Source of the DNA: Myxococcota bacterium
Lineage (GTDB): Bacteria; Myxococcota; XYA12-FULL-58-9; JABJBS01
Assembly: GCA_036339465.1 (NCBI GenBank)
Contig: JAYZAY010000011.1
Coordinates: forward strand, 32,001-96,000
Length of the DNA: 64,000 bases
Reading direction: 5' to 3'
The first letter of the stretch is position 1, and every line of letters starts with the position of its first letter. The notes beneath the pieces were generated by a model, which saw only the letters and a list, made by a program, of their open reading frames with translations, had not been told where the DNA came from and made no database searches. Shown in pieces: positions 62,536 to 64,000 of the stretch. The translations under genes were made by a program, and so were the position numbers.

Positions 62536-63962
62536 GATTCACCTCCGAAACAATCGATGTTGCTAAAGAGACAGCTAGGCGAGGCATGTCCCACTCTGAT
62601 GACTTGATTGGGTTCTCCCTTACCACAGTTTGGGGTCCCAAGGGTCCTTGCTGTAGATGCACTGCCAACGGCCTTAAGGTTACGCCAGAATGTAGCCGAA
62701 ATTCCTCGGTAACCCGGCGTTTTGACGACTTGTCCCAGCTCACCATTATTGATGAGTCGCCCGTATTCACAGCCGAATTGGAATTTATTTCGAGAATCGT
62801 CGATTGACCATGAGCTGTTGGTTTGCATGAGAATGCCCTGTTCAGTTTTTCGAATCATTTCGTCGAAGCTACTGTCACCGGGTTCTAGGTTGAGATTCGC
62901 CATTCGGTCGATAGCAGGTCGGTTCCAGCTGCACGCCCGTGTGGTAGAGGTGCCAGCGATATTGGCTCTTCTCTGAGAGGTTTTCCCGCCCAAAGGAGCC
63001 TTCAATATGCCATTTTCAATAATGAGAATCTTTTCTGCTTTTGTTCCCTCATCGTCGAAAGCGTAGCTGGCCAGTTCTCGGTTCTTGTGTGGGTCAAAGC
63101 TGATATTGAGCAACTCGGAACCGTATTGATACGAGCCAAACATATCAAGGTCGACAAAACTTGTGCCTGCATAATTGCGCTCATCGCCCAAAATGCGGTC
63201 TAGTTCGAGCGGATGTCCGATGGATTCGTGGATTTGTAGCATCATCTGGTCAGGCATAAGTAAAAGGTCGTGTTTTCCCGATGGGCATTGTGGTGCCGCT
63301 AGAAGTTCTAGAGCCTCCTCTGCGAGACCTAAACCGAGCGTCCGGAATTGCATTTTTTCGAGAACGTCGAGCCCGCCTTGTTGGCAGTGATCTACAAAGG
63401 TCCGGCGTTGAGATTTTTGGCCATCATTGGCAACGACACCAAGAGAAGGGAGGATAAAGTTAAAGCTTTGCTCGACTCTACCACCATGGGAAGTCAGAAA
63501 TAGTTGATGGGTTTTGATTTCGGTAATTTTGGCAAACCAGTCTACTATCTTGATGTCGAGGCTTAATTGAGAGGAGGCCTCTTGGAGGTACTCTAATTTG
63601 TTGACGAATGTTAGGTCGCTCCAGGATTTTTCTATGGGGGTTTGGTACTGCCCCATTGGGGCTCGTTGCACGGGTTCGGTGAGTCCCCCTAATGAGTTTT
63701 CAGCGGTAGCGAGAGCCCAGGTTTTCGCTTGGGTGATCGCTTTTTCGATTCCGAATTTACTTAAGTTACTCGTTGCAGCGTACCCCACTCCCCCCTGATG
63801 TTCTACGGTGATCATCAGGCCTTCATTGAGGTGCATGGGCGCCGATTCAAATTTTCCCTCTCGGATGGATAGTGATTCAGTCTCTTCTCGGATGTAGCGG
63901 AGAGAGATAGCATCTGCTTGATTGGTAAGGCTCCTAAATATGTCTTCGATTGTATGACCCAT
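62532..63962 (-). CDS. tldD: TldD family metalloprotease
   Basis: HESIGHPLELD, FDDEG, RMAN, CGKGEP.Q...GH.SP. Confidence 0.93.
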   Translation of the reverse strand: MGHTIEDIFRSLTNQADAISLRYIREETESLSIREGKFESAPMHLNEGLMITVEHQGGVGYAATSNLSKFGIEKAITQAKTWALATAENSLGGLTEPVQRAPMGQYQTPIEKSWSDLTFVNKLEYLQEASSQLSLDIKIVDWFAKITEIKTHQLFLTSHGGRVEQSFNFILPSLGVVANDGQKSQRRTFVDHCQQGGLDVLEKMQFRTLGLGLAEEALELLAAPQCPSGKHDLLLMPDQMMLQIHESIGHPLELDRILGDERNYAGTSFVDLDMFGSYQYGSELLNISFDPHKNRELASYAFDDEGTKAEKILIIENGILKAPLGGKTSQRRANIAGTSTTRACSWNRPAIDRMANLNLEPGDSSFDEMIRKTEQGILMQTNSSWSIDDSRNKFQFGCEYGRLINNGELGQVVKTPGYRGISATFWRNLKAVGSASTARTLGTPNCGKGEPNQVIRVGHASPSCLFSNIDCFGGES

Positions 63963-64000
63963 GAACACCTTCTACTACAACTGCCGAACCGAACGGTGAT

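Noticed and set aside
61201..63962. RiPP/microcin cluster around tldD-tldE
   Set aside because: No precursor peptide, YcaO, radical SAM enzyme or exporter nearby within the window.

Overview
Core-genome stretch of a bacterial chromosome. Gene content and order suggest a deltaproteobacterial (Myxococcota-like) organism; this is inference. From left to right: a degenerate CheR fused to a cNMP-binding domain that runs off the left edge and is absent from the ORF track; a reductive pyrimidine/beta-alanine catabolic cluster lacking the dehydrogenase; an EVE protein, tRNA-Ala(GGC) and a histone-H1-like protein; a TM-GAF-GAF-GGDEF cyclase with PIN-PhoH; clpB; an MshEN-like repeat/CheX-like protein; argH, yajQ, dinB and hpf; a CheY / small periplasmic binding protein / beta-barrel / MCP cluster; a ~1615-aa lipase-fold lipoprotein lacking the catalytic Ser; ggt; tRNA-Gln-prs-rplY-pth-hppA-rpsF-rplI-dnaB with no rpsR; pyrH-frr-uppS-cdsA-rseP-tsaB with an in-frame TGA in cdsA and no dxr; PBP1A; a DAG-kinase-family gene with an in-frame TAG; transaldolase; rplU-rpmA-obgE; TPR, HIT, Crp and HEAT genes; a decayed SprT-like gene; and tldE-tldD. 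I found no CRISPR array, integrase, transposase or rRNA. The best candidates for something new are the barrel-binding protein-MCP-CheY module and three signalling or surface proteins that appear catalytically dead. All family calls come from motif recognition by eye, not from database searches.
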